Source: Bryobacterales bacterium (lineage in GTDB: Bacteria; Acidobacteriota; Terriglobia; Bryobacterales; Bryobacteraceae). Taken from it: a DNA stretch of 40,286 nucleotides. The stretch spans positions 1-40,286 of the forward strand of contig JALOKO010000001.1 of the NCBI GenBank assembly GCA_025456495.1, in the 5' to 3' direction. Positions 1 to 8,930 of the stretch are shown here, in pieces. The notes under the pieces were generated by a model that made no database searches, was not told where the DNA came from, and was given only the letters and a program-made list of their open reading frames with translations. Numbering within the stretch: the first letter of the stretch is position 1; the number at the start of each line of letters is the position of its first letter. A program made the translations under genes and the position numbers.

Positions 1-103
1 CGTCCCCGGCTGGACGCGGACCGTCTGCACGGCGATTGTTTTGAATGAAATGGGCCGGGCTGAACCCGGCGTTACTCCTGACCTAAGTGGAGCCGAGGAA
101 CCA

Positions 104-3100
104 ATGAATCTTCCCGCACTTTCTATTCGTCGACCGGTCACTGTGATGATGGTCACCCTGATTGCCATCCTGTTGGGCGTGGTGGCCTTCATGGGGATTC
201 CCGTGGACTTGATGCCCGCGACAGAGTATCCCACCCTGACCGTCTCAGTGGACTATCCGGGAGTTGGTCCCCAGGAAATGGAGAACCTGATTGCCCGTCC
301 GTTGGAGCAGTCACTCAGTTCCACCCCGGGCGTTGAGCAGATCACGTCCTCGGCCAGTGAGGGCAACGCGAATGTTCGCGTCTCCTTCACTTACGGGTCA
401 AACCTGGACGAGGCCGCCAACGAAGTGCGAACCCGCATCGACCGCCGCCGCGGAACGCTTCCCGAGGATTCCTCGCCGCCTGTGATCTACAAGTTCGATG
501 TCTCCCAGTTCCCCATCATGTTTCTGACGGCGGCCTCGCCCACGATGGACCAGAAGGAACTGCGCTACTTCGTGGAGAAGAACATCCAGTACCGGATTGA
601 GCGCGTGCCCGGCGTGGCCGAGGTGCGGGTCCGCGGTGGTTTGCGTCGCGAAATCCACGTGGACGTTGACCTGAAGAAGCTGCGCTCCCTCAACCTATCC
701 ATGAGCCAGTTGGTGAATACCATCCGCGCGGAGAATTTGAATCTGCCCGTGGGTCCGGTGACGGAAGGCCGGTTCGAATTGCTGGTGCGCACCCAGGGTG
801 AGTTCAAGAGCCTGGACCAGATCCGGAGTGTGGTGATTACCAGCCGTGGCGGGGTGCCGATCTACCTGAAGGACATCGCAACGGTGGAGGATTCCAACGA
901 GGATGTGCGCGCGCTGATCAGCCAGGATGGCAGTCCCGCTGTCCGCGTCTTCATCAACAAGCAGTCCGGCGCGAATACGGTGGAGGTGTCCAAAGGCGTC
1001 CGGGCGGAGATGGAGAGGATCAACCGGGATTACCCCGATTTCAAGATGGGAATCAGCGTGGATAGCGCCCAGTTCATCCAGGCATCGATCAACAACGTGA
1101 AGGACTCCGCCATCCAGGGCGCCGGCCTGGCGGTGATCGTGCTGATCTTCTTCCTGCGCAACGTCCTTAGCACCATGGTGATTGGCGTTGCGATTCCGAT
1201 TGCCGTCATCTCCACCTTTGCCTTGATGTACTTCAATGGCTTTACGTTGAACATCGTCAGCTTTGGCGGATTGGCGCTAGGCATCGGCATGTTGGTGGAT
1301 AACTCGATCGTGGTGCTGGAGAATATCTACCGCCACATGGAGATGGGCAAGACCCGCCTGCAGGCAGCGCTTGAGGGCAGCCGCGAAGTTGCGGGCGCGA
1401 TCACGTCGTCCACCCTCACTACGCTTGCCGTATTTGTCCCGGTGCTGTTCAGCCAGGGAGTTTCGGCGCAAACCTTCAAGCAGTTGGCCGTGGTGGTGAG
1501 CTTTTCGTTGTTCGCGTCGCTGCTGGTGGCGCTGACCATCGTACCCATGATGTCGTCCCGGATGCTGAGTGCGTCTACGCATCTGGAAAAAGCGAACACA
1601 TTCATGGGTAAGCTCTACCGCTTTGCGGGCCTGATTCCCGTTGGTCTTTCCAAGATGTATGGCGCGGTGCTGGTTCAGGCACTGCAGCATCGTGCTGTGG
1701 TGGTGCTGGCTGCTGCGGCGTTGTTTGGCTTCAGCATCTTCCTGGGTTCGAAGCTGGGCTTTGAGCTACAGCCGGAAGTGGACGAAGGCGAAATCGGCGT
1801 CAACGTGGAACTGGAGCCAGGGACGCAGGTGGCCGAGACCGACGCCATCATGCAGCGCTTACGCCAGATCGTGGTGGAGCGCATTCCGGAAGTGGAAGGG
1901 ATTCTTGTGGAAAGTGGCCAGTCCGGTGGCGGCTGGCGTGGTGGCGGTGGGCAGAACCAGGGCGACATGCGCATCATGCTGAAGAGCCGTGATCAGCGGA
2001 CCCGGTCCGCCAACGCGGTTACCGACGAGATTCGTCCGCTCATGCAAATTGAGCCCGGAATGCGGGTGACCACGCGGCTGCGTGGTAGCTTCATGAACCG
2101 GTTGTCCAGCGGATTTGGCGACGGCGACCGACTGGCGGTTGAGATTCGTGGTTATGACCTGGCCGTCCTCAATGACCTGGGAGTTCAGGTGCAAGGGGCG
2201 ATGGGTCAGGTAGCGGGCGTGGTGGGTCCGCGTATTGTGGTCCCGCCGGGCAACCCGGAAATGGTGGTGCGTGTGGATCGCGCCAAGGCGTCCAGCCTGG
2301 GGCTGAATGTGGCGGACGTCGCGCAGACCATGGAAACGGCCATTGGCGGTCGTCAGGCATCGATGTTCCGGCAGGAAGGTGACGAATTCAACATTCGCGT
2401 GCGCCTGCAGGAGAAGGATCGTCTGGATCTCGCCCAGCTATCGCAGATTCCCCTGACGACAGCTTCGGGCGCGGTGGTCCCGGCCGGTTCGGTGGTGAGC
2501 CTGCAACGACGGGAGGGTCCGTCGCAGATCCAGCGCAAGGATCAGCAGCGCGTGCTCACGGTCTCTGGACAACTATCGAAGCGGGATTTGGGCAGCGTGG
2601 TGCGAGACCTGGAAAAGGAGTTGCGCTCCATTGAACTTCCGGATGGCTACGCGATCGGGTTTGGGGCCGAGTATGAAGAACAGCAGGAAGCCTTCCAGCA
2701 GATGATCCTCGCGGTCATCCTGGCGATTACCTTGGTGTATATGGTGATGGCGGCGCAGTTTGAGTCTCTGCGCGACCCCTTCATCATTCTGTTCTCCATC
2801 CCAGTCTCTATCATCGGCGTCACCACCATTCTGTTGGCCACCAACACCACAGTCACCATCCAGGCCTTGCTGGGAGTGATTGTGCTGGTGGGCATCGTGG
2901 TGAATAACGGGATTGTGCTGGTGGATTACGCCAACCAGTTGCGGCGCGACCACGGCATGGAACTGCTGCCCGCCGTGATCCAGGCCGGTGAAAGCCGCTT
3001 GCGGCCGATTCTGATGACCACGGCGACTACCGTATTGGGTCTGGCCCCGATGGCCCTGGGAATTGGCGAGGGAGCGGAACTGCAAGCACCTTTGGCGCGA

Positions 3101-3265
3101 GTGGTGATTGGCGGACTCACCGCATCCACGCTCATCACCTTGGTGCTTATCCCCGTTCTGTACCTCATCTTTGAGGGCTTAGCAGAGAAGGCCCACGCCC
3201 GCAAGCAGTCCCGGATGGGTTCTGCCGGTGTGCGTCCGGAAGCCACACCGGTAGCCGGCGACTAA
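104..3265 (+). CDS. RND (AcrB/CzcA-type, HAE family) efflux transporter, inner-membrane permease subunit
   Basis: The ORF is about 1050 aa. The N-terminus MNLPALSIRRPVTVMMVTL is typical of RND pumps. It has two large periplasmic loops flanked by hydrophobic blocks (12-TM layout) and a C-terminal motif RLRPILMTTATTVLGLAPMAL. I chose the ATG at 104, preceded by gaggaa, over the TTG at 41. Confidence 0.9.
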   Translation: MNLPALSIRRPVTVMMVTLIAILLGVVAFMGIPVDLMPATEYPTLTVSVDYPGVGPQEMENLIARPLEQSLSSTPGVEQITSSASEGNANVRVSFTYGSNLDEAANEVRTRIDRRRGTLPEDSSPPVIYKFDVSQFPIMFLTAASPTMDQKELRYFVEKNIQYRIERVPGVAEVRVRGGLRREIHVDVDLKKLRSLNLSMSQLVNTIRAENLNLPVGPVTEGRFELLVRTQGEFKSLDQIRSVVITSRGGVPIYLKDIATVEDSNEDVRALISQDGSPAVRVFINKQSGANTVEVSKGVRAEMERINRDYPDFKMGISVDSAQFIQASINNVKDSAIQGAGLAVIVLIFFLRNVLSTMVIGVAIPIAVISTFALMYFNGFTLNIVSFGGLALGIGMLVDNSIVVLENIYRHMEMGKTRLQAALEGSREVAGAITSSTLTTLAVFVPVLFSQGVSAQTFKQLAVVVSFSLFASLLVALTIVPMMSSRMLSASTHLEKANTFMGKLYRFAGLIPVGLSKMYGAVLVQALQHRAVVVLAAAALFGFSIFLGSKLGFELQPEVDEGEIGVNVELEPGTQVAETDAIMQRLRQIVVERIPEVEGILVESGQSGGGWRGGGGQNQGDMRIMLKSRDQRTRSANAVTDEIRPLMQIEPGMRVTTRLRGSFMNRLSSGFGDGDRLAVEIRGYDLAVLNDLGVQVQGAMGQVAGVVGPRIVVPPGNPEMVVRVDRAKASSLGLNVADVAQTMETAIGGRQASMFRQEGDEFNIRVRLQEKDRLDLAQLSQIPLTTASGAVVPAGSVVSLQRREGPSQIQRKDQQRVLTVSGQLSKRDLGSVVRDLEKELRSIELPDGYAIGFGAEYEEQQEAFQQMILAVILAITLVYMVMAAQFESLRDPFIILFSIPVSIIGVTTILLATNTTVTIQALLGVIVLVGIVVNNGIVLVDYANQLRRDHGMELLPAVIQAGESRLRPILMTTATTVLGLAPMALGIGEGAELQAPLARVVIGGLTASTLITLVLIPVLYLIFEGLAEKAHARKQSRMGSAGVRPEATPVAGD

Positions 3266-3303
3266 CGCGCGCCGCCTGCAACTATCGCCTACTGAGCAAC
3301 GAG

Positions 3304-3339
3304 AAAGGGGGGCGAGCCGATTGGCTCGCCCCCCTTTTT
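3304..3339. terminator. Bidirectional intrinsic terminator hairpin between convergent genes
   Basis: The sequence aaaggggggcgagcc-gatt-ggctcgcccccctttt forms a perfect GC-rich stem. It is flanked by an A-run on one side and a T-run on the other. It lies between the RND stop (3265) and the stop of the minus-strand gene (3374). Confidence 0.8.
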
Positions 3340-3373
3340 CGTTCAATGCTGCCGTGTACTTGCGAACGTGGAC

Positions 3374-4336
3374 CTAACTGGGGATCTCTCCCAGGAAGAA
3401 TTCCTGCAACATCGGCACGACATGCTTGGGGTCGCGCATGTAGATGTTCATGGATCCGCCGAAGGTCTCTCCGTCGGCGCGGGTGAAGCGCACGTTATCC
3501 ATATAGAACTGTCGGTCTCCGGGACCGCCGAACGACCGCGATACCTGAATGTCGGCGATGGCGCTTTGAGGAATCCCTGCCTTGGCCAGGGTGTCGCGGA
3601 GTTGCTGCACGACAAAACTGGCAACTTCGGGATGAATCTGACTGACGGGCCCACCCAGCCACGAGCTTACCTTCGCTTCAGGGAAGACCACCTCAACGTC
3701 AAAACGATGCCGCGAGCCATCAGAAGTGACAAATTCCTGCAGCCCCCACTCGGGAACCCGGTAGAGATTGGTGGCGAATGCGGTCTTGTCCGGTCCCGCC
3801 CCTGCCAGACGGGGAGCGATGGACCCGATGACTTCATTTGGAACCACATACTCACCGGATCGGAGGTCCGGTAGCAGGCGAGCGCCCCATTCCACCTGGG
3901 ATGCCGACATGAAGGGCGTAGGCGCCTTCGGTCCCGGACGATCCGGATCCGCCAGGGCGTCCAGGCGGCTGCCTGCTGCGTCATTGGAACCGGTAACGCT
4001 ACCTGTGGCGCTACGGGCTGCGCTTACCTGCGCTGACTCTCCACGGCGGTAGGGAATGATGAGTGCAATGTTGGAGTTACGGATGGCATGGGCCTGGCTT
4101 TGAGTGGCCGCACTGGCACGGGTTCCGGCGGACAAGGCAGTACCGGAGACCCGTTGGTCGGTATCGCTGGCTTGGCCCAGCACCTGCCGAAAACCGGTGT
4201 CGGCGCCATCAGTACCGGCTGCGCGTAGGCCGCTTCGGGTTCTCCGGACGGAAGTGGCCGAGCCCGTCGCGTCTAAACGCGGACCGCCGTCTCTTCCCGT
4301 ACGCATCATCAAATCAAGGGTGTTCGTCGTTAGCAT
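3374..4336 (-). CDS. Hypothetical protein with a low-complexity Ala/Ser/Thr/Gly/Arg-rich N-terminal half and a globular C-terminal half
   Basis: The C-terminal about 170 aa look like ordinary protein sequence (..FYMDNVRFTRADGETFGGSMNIYMRDPKHVVPMLQEFF). I found no recognisable family motif. I set the start at the internal ATG (4336) because the longer ORF, which reaches 4543, would overlap the upstream gene's 3' end. The start is uncertain because there is no clear SD. Confidence 0.5.
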   Translation of the reverse strand: MLTTNTLDLMMRTGRDGGPRLDATGSATSVRRTRSGLRAAGTDGADTGFRQVLGQASDTDQRVSGTALSAGTRASAATQSQAHAIRNSNIALIIPYRRGESAQVSAARSATGSVTGSNDAAGSRLDALADPDRPGPKAPTPFMSASQVEWGARLLPDLRSGEYVVPNEVIGSIAPRLAGAGPDKTAFATNLYRVPEWGLQEFVTSDGSRHRFDVEVVFPEAKVSSWLGGPVSQIHPEVASFVVQQLRDTLAKAGIPQSAIADIQVSRSFGGPGDRQFYMDNVRFTRADGETFGGSMNIYMRDPKHVVPMLQEFFLGEIPS

Positions 4337-4496
4337 GGTGTACCCACGCCAACCGTATGCAAGCGAGGGGCCAAACGGAGGACGGCTGGGAATCCGTGCT
4401 TCACCGTCGGGCGACAGCTTCAGCGGCGAGCATCCCAATTCCGCCAACTCCTGTGGTGGGGCGACGCGATGGCGTCGGGGAAGCCCGGGCGCGTCT

Positions 4497-5375
4497 CTAG
4501 TTTTTCGGGTCTTGCGCCTGGTCTTCGTCCAGAACGAACTCAATCATCAGCGGGGTTGCGCTCCGCATGGGGCTGGTCTCCACCCACACCGCGTGCAGCC
4601 GAGGCGGCAGTGCCAGCCCGGGCGGCTCAAACTCCACCCGCACTTCCGCCGTCTCGCCGGCATTCAGTTCCTGGTGGCTGATTTCGGCGGTCAATCCATC
4701 CATGTCAACCCAGCGCAGATTCAGCTTCAGCATGCCCGGGAACGTGTTGCGCAGGACGGCTTTGCCCGCTGACTTGCCGTCGGCTTTCAGCTTCACGGCG
4801 CGAGGCTCAAAGCGGAGCGGGGCCTGCAGTTCGTTTACGGTGGGGCCCATGGTCACCCTGCCCGTGGAATCAGCAACCTGGGGAAGCTTTCCGGACGGTG
4901 CTTTGCCGGTGTTCTTCCGGATGGGGCCGAAGGGGGTTTGTACGTATTCCTCTCCGTCTTCGGCCTTCCGCTTCGGGGTGTACCACTTCCACTTGCCCTC
5001 CACCTGCTTCCATGTGGTGCTGAAAGGCATCTTCACGCGACCGCCCCCGACAGGGGTCGCCATGGCGCGTTCGCACAGCACGCCCACCGTGGCCTGGTCG
5101 TAGGAATCGTTGTAGCTGATCGTGAAGATCTCCATCGCGAAGCAATTGAACTTGTCCGACGCGATGTACGTGTCCAGGCTCTCAGAGGCAATGTAGGGAA
5201 TGGACTCGCCCCACTTCTTTTCCATTTGCAGGGTGAGGAAGTCCTGCACCGTCGCTTTCAGACCGGCTTCCACCTCAGGAGGGGCCTTGCGGAACTGGCT
5301 GGCGGCGTCCTGGGCCAGACACGCGCCGAACGCGGCCAGTAGAGCCAACGTCGTCACCCAAAATGCTCGTTTCAT
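4497..5375 (-). CDS. Secreted hypothetical protein
   Basis: The protein begins with a signal-peptide-like N-terminus, MKRAFWVTTLALLAAFGACLAQ. The rest of the sequence is well behaved. I recognised no family motif. Confidence 0.6.
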   Translation of the reverse strand: MKRAFWVTTLALLAAFGACLAQDAASQFRKAPPEVEAGLKATVQDFLTLQMEKKWGESIPYIASESLDTYIASDKFNCFAMEIFTISYNDSYDQATVGVLCERAMATPVGGGRVKMPFSTTWKQVEGKWKWYTPKRKAEDGEEYVQTPFGPIRKNTGKAPSGKLPQVADSTGRVTMGPTVNELQAPLRFEPRAVKLKADGKSAGKAVLRNTFPGMLKLNLRWVDMDGLTAEISHQELNAGETAEVRVEFEPPGLALPPRLHAVWVETSPMRSATPLMIEFVLDEDQAQDPKN

Positions 5376-5517
5376 GGAATGGGATGTCCTCATCAGGTCA
5401 ACCGTCCGTCACATCGGTTTGGACCTGCCAACTAAGACGCAACCAAGGCCAAATTCGTTTTGGCGCAAGTCCAATTCGGAAGGGTGAGGCTCCCCCGAAG
5501 GCCGGGCGGAAGAGAAG

Positions 5518-5591
5518 TGGCTGGGAGGCAGGGACTCGAACCCCGATAGGCAGAGCCAGAATCTGCAGTCCTACCGTTAGACGACCTCCCA
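5518..5591 (-). tRNA. tRNA-Gln (anticodon CUG)
   Basis: The reverse complement reads TGGGAGG TC GTCT..GAC T GCAGA TTCTGGC TCTGC CTAT CGGGG TTCGAGT CCCTG CCTCCCA G CCA. This gives a 7 bp acceptor stem, a 5 bp anticodon stem, and a 7 nt loop with CTG at positions 3-5. It also has a T-arm containing TTCGAGT and an encoded CCA end. Total length is 74 nt. Confidence 0.9.
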
Positions 5592-5787
5592 ACAAACCTC
5601 CAGTTTATCACTAACGCTGAATTCTGCGAAAGGACAGAATGCGATGGATTCCTGACTGCACGACGACAGCAAAACGCAGGGATGCCCAATCGCATCGCGG
5701 GCAAGGCGCCGGGGGCCGGATTTGCGCCGCCGACCTGGCGCGCGCGATCCACGGGAGCGCCTCCCAACAGCGGGGCACGAGGGACGT

Positions 5788-5817
5788 TTGACGAACGCGC
5801 ATCCTGTCGGTGATAAA
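5788..5817 (+). promoter_or_regulatory. Candidate sigma70-type promoter for the radical SAM gene
   Basis: There is a ttgacg (5788-5793), an 18 nt spacer, then gataaa (5812-5817). If this promoter is used, transcription would begin after the GTG at 5810, which favours the ATG at 5867 as the start codon. Confidence 0.3.
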
Positions 5818-5866
5818 CCTAACGGCAGCGCTCCGGTGTAGCCTAGATGCAAGAGGATCCCCACCG

Positions 5867-7034
5867 ATGTCGCAGATTCCCCCTGCTCGCCCCGGGCACT
5901 CGTCCACCCCATCGGCGACGCCGCATGCTGGCCACTCCGACACTGGCCACTCCGACACTGGCCACTCCAATACTGGCCACTCCAATACTGGCCACCCGCA
6001 TGCGAAGGGACACGCGCACGGTCATCACGCCGCTCGGGATTATGCCCTAACCCCACTCAACGTCTATTGGGAAATGACTCAAGCCTGTGCCCTCGCTTGC
6101 CAGCACTGTCGCGCCGAAGCGATGCCGCTTCCGCATCCAGAGCAATTGACGTACGCGGAAAGTCTGGAACTGTTGGACCAGATTCTGGAATTTGGCCAGC
6201 CGTTCCCACAACTGATCCTCACCGGCGGGGATCCCCTGGAGCGCCCTGACCTGTTCGCCCTCATCGACGCCGCGCGCGATCGCAAGATCGGCGTGTCCAT
6301 CACTCCCGCCGCCACGGCGTCGCTCACCCGTGATGTCCTTGTGAAGTTGAAAGCACATGGTATTGACGGCCTTGGCCTCAGTCTCGACGGCGGCCAGGCT
6401 TCCACGCACGACGCCATTCGCGGGGTCCCCGGTACCTTCCAGCGCACCATGCAGGCCGTCCAATGGGCTGGGGAGTTGGAAATCCCCGTTCAGGTGAACA
6501 CGCTCGCCGCGGCGGAGACCCAGCACGAAATCCCTGCCATCTTTGAACTCCTGCAATGTTTTCGTGCGCGCGGCCTGTACCATGTCGCCGTGGAGTGGCG
6601 CAGCCTCATACCCCTGTTTTTTAAGGAAGGAGGCTAAATCACCGATATCCCGCTTGCGGATGCGCGCTGAAGGGATGGCCGGTGACCAGATTCGCGGCAG
6701 TGGCGTCGCCCGCGGATTCGGAATCCGCGATGGTCACGGGATCGTATTCGTCTCCAACACCGGGGAAATCTGCCCCGCCGGGTTCCTGCCGCTGAGCGCT
6801 GGCAATGTCCGCACGCATCGGCTGGCGCAGGTCTACCGGGAAGCGCCGCTCTTCGCCAGCCTCCACGACTCCTCCAGCTTCCAGGGACGTTGCGGATTCT
6901 GCGAATACCACGCCCTGTGCGGAGGTTCGCGGGCGCGTGCATTCTCTGCCACAGGGAACCCTCTGGAGACGGATCCGCTGTGCCTCTATCAGCCCGCCGC
7001 CACCGCCCGCTCCACCCCTGCATCCGATGGATAA
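5867..7034 (+). pseudogene. Radical SAM/SPASM-domain enzyme (resembles the TIGR04053-like / NirJ-AhbD-PqqE group) with a broken reading frame
   Basis: The N-terminal ORF (frame of 5810/5867, ending 6637) carries the radical SAM cluster motif CALACQHC (CX3CX2C). It also carries the SAM-binding motif LILTGGDPLERPD. A second ORF in another frame (6543-7034) carries the SPASM-type C-terminus GHGIVFVSNTGEICPAGFLPLSAGNV...GRCGFCEYHALCGGSRARA. The two ORFs overlap at 6543-6637, and the junction contains a T6 run (6617-6622). Confidence 0.75.
5928..5995 (+). repeat. 15 bp tandem repeat of 4.5 copies (ctggccactccgaca x2, ctggccactccaata x2, partial fifth copy), in frame within the radical SAM N-terminus
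   Basis: Direct reading shows unit boundaries at 5928, 5943, 5958, 5973 and 5988. In the gene's frame it encodes GHSDT-GHSDT-GHSNT-GHSNT-GHP, followed by HAKGHAHGHH. Confidence 0.95.
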
Positions 7035-7093
7035 ATTCTTTCAATTGATTCGTTTGCGAATTGGGGATAGGCTTAGGTGTTCGGGGGTACTCC

Positions 7094-7744
7094 ATGGACC
7101 AGGTACAGCGTCAGGTATCCATTCTGCACAAGATCAGCAACGTCATCAGTTCCGGGCTAACGATTGACGAAATGCTGGATTCGCTCATCACCATTTCAGT
7201 GGACGTCACGGGCTGCGATGCCTGCCTGGTGTACTTGCTGGATGGAGATACCGGTGACATGGTGCTGCGCGCCTCCCAATTGCCCCACGACAAAGAGTTG
7301 GGACATATGCGCATCAAGATTGGCGAAGGCGTCACGGGGTGGGTGGCGGAACATCGCTCAGTGGTGGCGCTGGCGCAGCACTCTTCGGAAGATAAGCGGT
7401 TCAAGCATTTCGGCGAGCTGGTTGAGGATACCTACGAAGCGTTTCTGTCCGTACCGCTGGTAAGCGGAGGATCCCTGATTGGAGTCTTGAACGCCCATCA
7501 CCGCGACATTCATGAGTACGGCAGCACGGAAGTGGCGCTGATGACCTTCGTTGGCGAGCAAATGGGCGTCGCCATCTCAAAGAGCCAACTGGTTGAGGCT
7601 AACGCCAAGCTGATGGAAGAGGCGTTGGAACTGAAAAAGCAGTTGGAAACCCGGAAGTACGTGGAGCGTGCGAAGGGGATTCTTCAGCGCAAGTATCACC
7701 TTACGGAAGAGGAAGCTTACTTAAAGCTGGGGCGACCCTGCTGA
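7094..7744 (+). CDS. GAF domain plus ANTAR domain RNA-binding antiterminator-type regulator, with the ANTAR domain apparently truncated
   Basis: The GAF-like core reads ..ACLVYLLDGDTGDMVLRASQ...IKIGEGVTGWVAEHRSVVAL...FLSVPLVSGGSLIGVLNAHH. A coiled linker follows, then the ANTAR start TRKYVERAKGILQRKYHLTEEEAYLKL. A stop comes 4 codons later, so the final ANTAR helix is missing. Confidence 0.75.
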   Translation: MDQVQRQVSILHKISNVISSGLTIDEMLDSLITISVDVTGCDACLVYLLDGDTGDMVLRASQLPHDKELGHMRIKIGEGVTGWVAEHRSVVALAQHSSEDKRFKHFGELVEDTYEAFLSVPLVSGGSLIGVLNAHHRDIHEYGSTEVALMTFVGEQMGVAISKSQLVEANAKLMEEALELKKQLETRKYVERAKGILQRKYHLTEEEAYLKLGRPC

Positions 7745-8030
7745 GCCAGAGATGAACGACTAGCGTTAGCGGGGTTCTGGTGGTGATCGCCCTGGATTGT
7801 TGGGTGATCGTGAGGGGCAACCGGCGGTTGCCGGAAATTCCTCAAATTCATAGGACTTTCGCCGGACAGCAACGCGCCTTGCTGCATGTGCATCCCATAG
7901 ACTGAGGGGAGCGCCATCCGGCAGGGATTCCCATCCACCGCTGGTGCGCTGTACACCACGGGTGCGCCGTTCGCTGCGGATACCGCTGTGTGTTGCACTC
8001 ACTCTCCCCTAAAGGACTGGGTTGATTTCC

Positions 8031-8870
8031 ATGCGCCATACGCTCTTTCTTGCTGCGCTCCGTCGGCTTGCTGTCTGCCGTCTTGCTGTCTGCGCTTGCT
8101 TGCTGCCACTGGCGCTCAACGCTCAGGGCGTCTCTAATCCCAAGGCAGAAGCGATTCTGGCCGAAACACTGGCGGCCTTGGGCGGAGAAAAGTTCCAGAA
8201 CGTCCACACGATGGAGGAATCAGGCCGCGCCTACTCCTTCCGGCGAGGACGCCTGTCCGGGTTGGCGGTTATCCGGCAGGTCACACGATACCCTGACCCC
8301 TCTCAGTCTCCGGCGGGGGCGCCCGCTATCCAGGAGCGGCAGTACCTGGGCAAGAAGGAAGAGCTTTCGTCCCTGATCCTGTACGACCGTGGCTTTGAGA
8401 TTACCTATCGCGGGTTTACGCCGATGGATGAGGAGACTACCCAGCGCATCCGAGAAAGCCGCCTGCACAATTTTCTCTACATCGCCCGGCAACGGCTGCC
8501 CCACGAGAAGTATGTTGTGGAGTACATCGGCAGCCGCCTCCTGCGGAACCAGCAACTGGTGGGCATCCGCCTGGTGGACCCCGAGTACCGAGTGACTGAG
8601 CTGTGGGTAAATCAGAGCACCAAGTTGCCCGTGAGGCAGGAATTTGTGCGGAGGGACCCGAAATCCAACCTCCCCATCGAGGAAGTGACGGAGTGGGACA
8701 AGTATCGCGAGCTCGGCGCGGGAGTTTTCTGGCCTCAGTATGTGCTTCGCGAGTCGCGCGGGCAGAAGGTTTTTGAGATGTTCACCGATGCCGTCACCCT
8801 GAACCCCAACCTCGCTGAAAGTGTGTTTCAGCTTCCCCAGCCTGCTCCGAGAGCGCGCGATCAGAGGTAG
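8031..8870 (+). CDS. Secreted hypothetical protein (signal peptide, function unknown)
   Basis: The N-terminus MRHTLFLAALRRLAVCRLAVCACLLPLALNAQG looks like a signal peptide. The remaining sequence is protein-like. I recognised no family-specific motif. Confidence 0.6.
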   Translation: MRHTLFLAALRRLAVCRLAVCACLLPLALNAQGVSNPKAEAILAETLAALGGEKFQNVHTMEESGRAYSFRRGRLSGLAVIRQVTRYPDPSQSPAGAPAIQERQYLGKKEELSSLILYDRGFEITYRGFTPMDEETTQRIRESRLHNFLYIARQRLPHEKYVVEYIGSRLLRNQQLVGIRLVDPEYRVTELWVNQSTKLPVRQEFVRRDPKSNLPIEEVTEWDKYRELGAGVFWPQYVLRESRGQKVFEMFTDAVTLNPNLAESVFQLPQPAPRARDQR

Positions 8871-8930
8871 AGTGATGGCATCTTTGCCCCGGAGGCCCAG
8901 TGGCCAGGATGCAGGTTGAGGCCGAGAGCT

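Noticed and set aside
1-103. The 3' end of an upstream membrane-fusion-protein gene, and the longer RND start at 41.
   Set aside because: Fewer than 50 nt are available and two frames end in stops (42-44 and 46-48), so no call is possible. The TTG at 41 adds a non-conserved 21 aa extension before the canonical MNLPALSIRRPV start.
5518-5591. tRNA-Gln as the attachment site of a genomic island.
   Set aside because: I found no integrase or recombinase. I found no direct repeat of the tRNA 3' end elsewhere in the window. No mobility genes lie on either flank.
5928-5995. The tandem repeats at 5928-5995, 23671-23730 and 8931-8990 as CRISPR arrays.
   Set aside because: The units are contiguous or nearly so, with no unique spacers. 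They are only 15-21 bp long. No cas genes are present.
5577-6056. Minus-strand ORFs with repeats EWPV/SGQYW (5577-6056, 5611-5985) and the plus-strand ORF 5847-6050 (ATPTL repeats).
   Set aside because: These are the same 15 bp tandem repeat read in other frames or on the other strand. Only the frame continuing into the radical SAM CX3CX2C motif has functional support.
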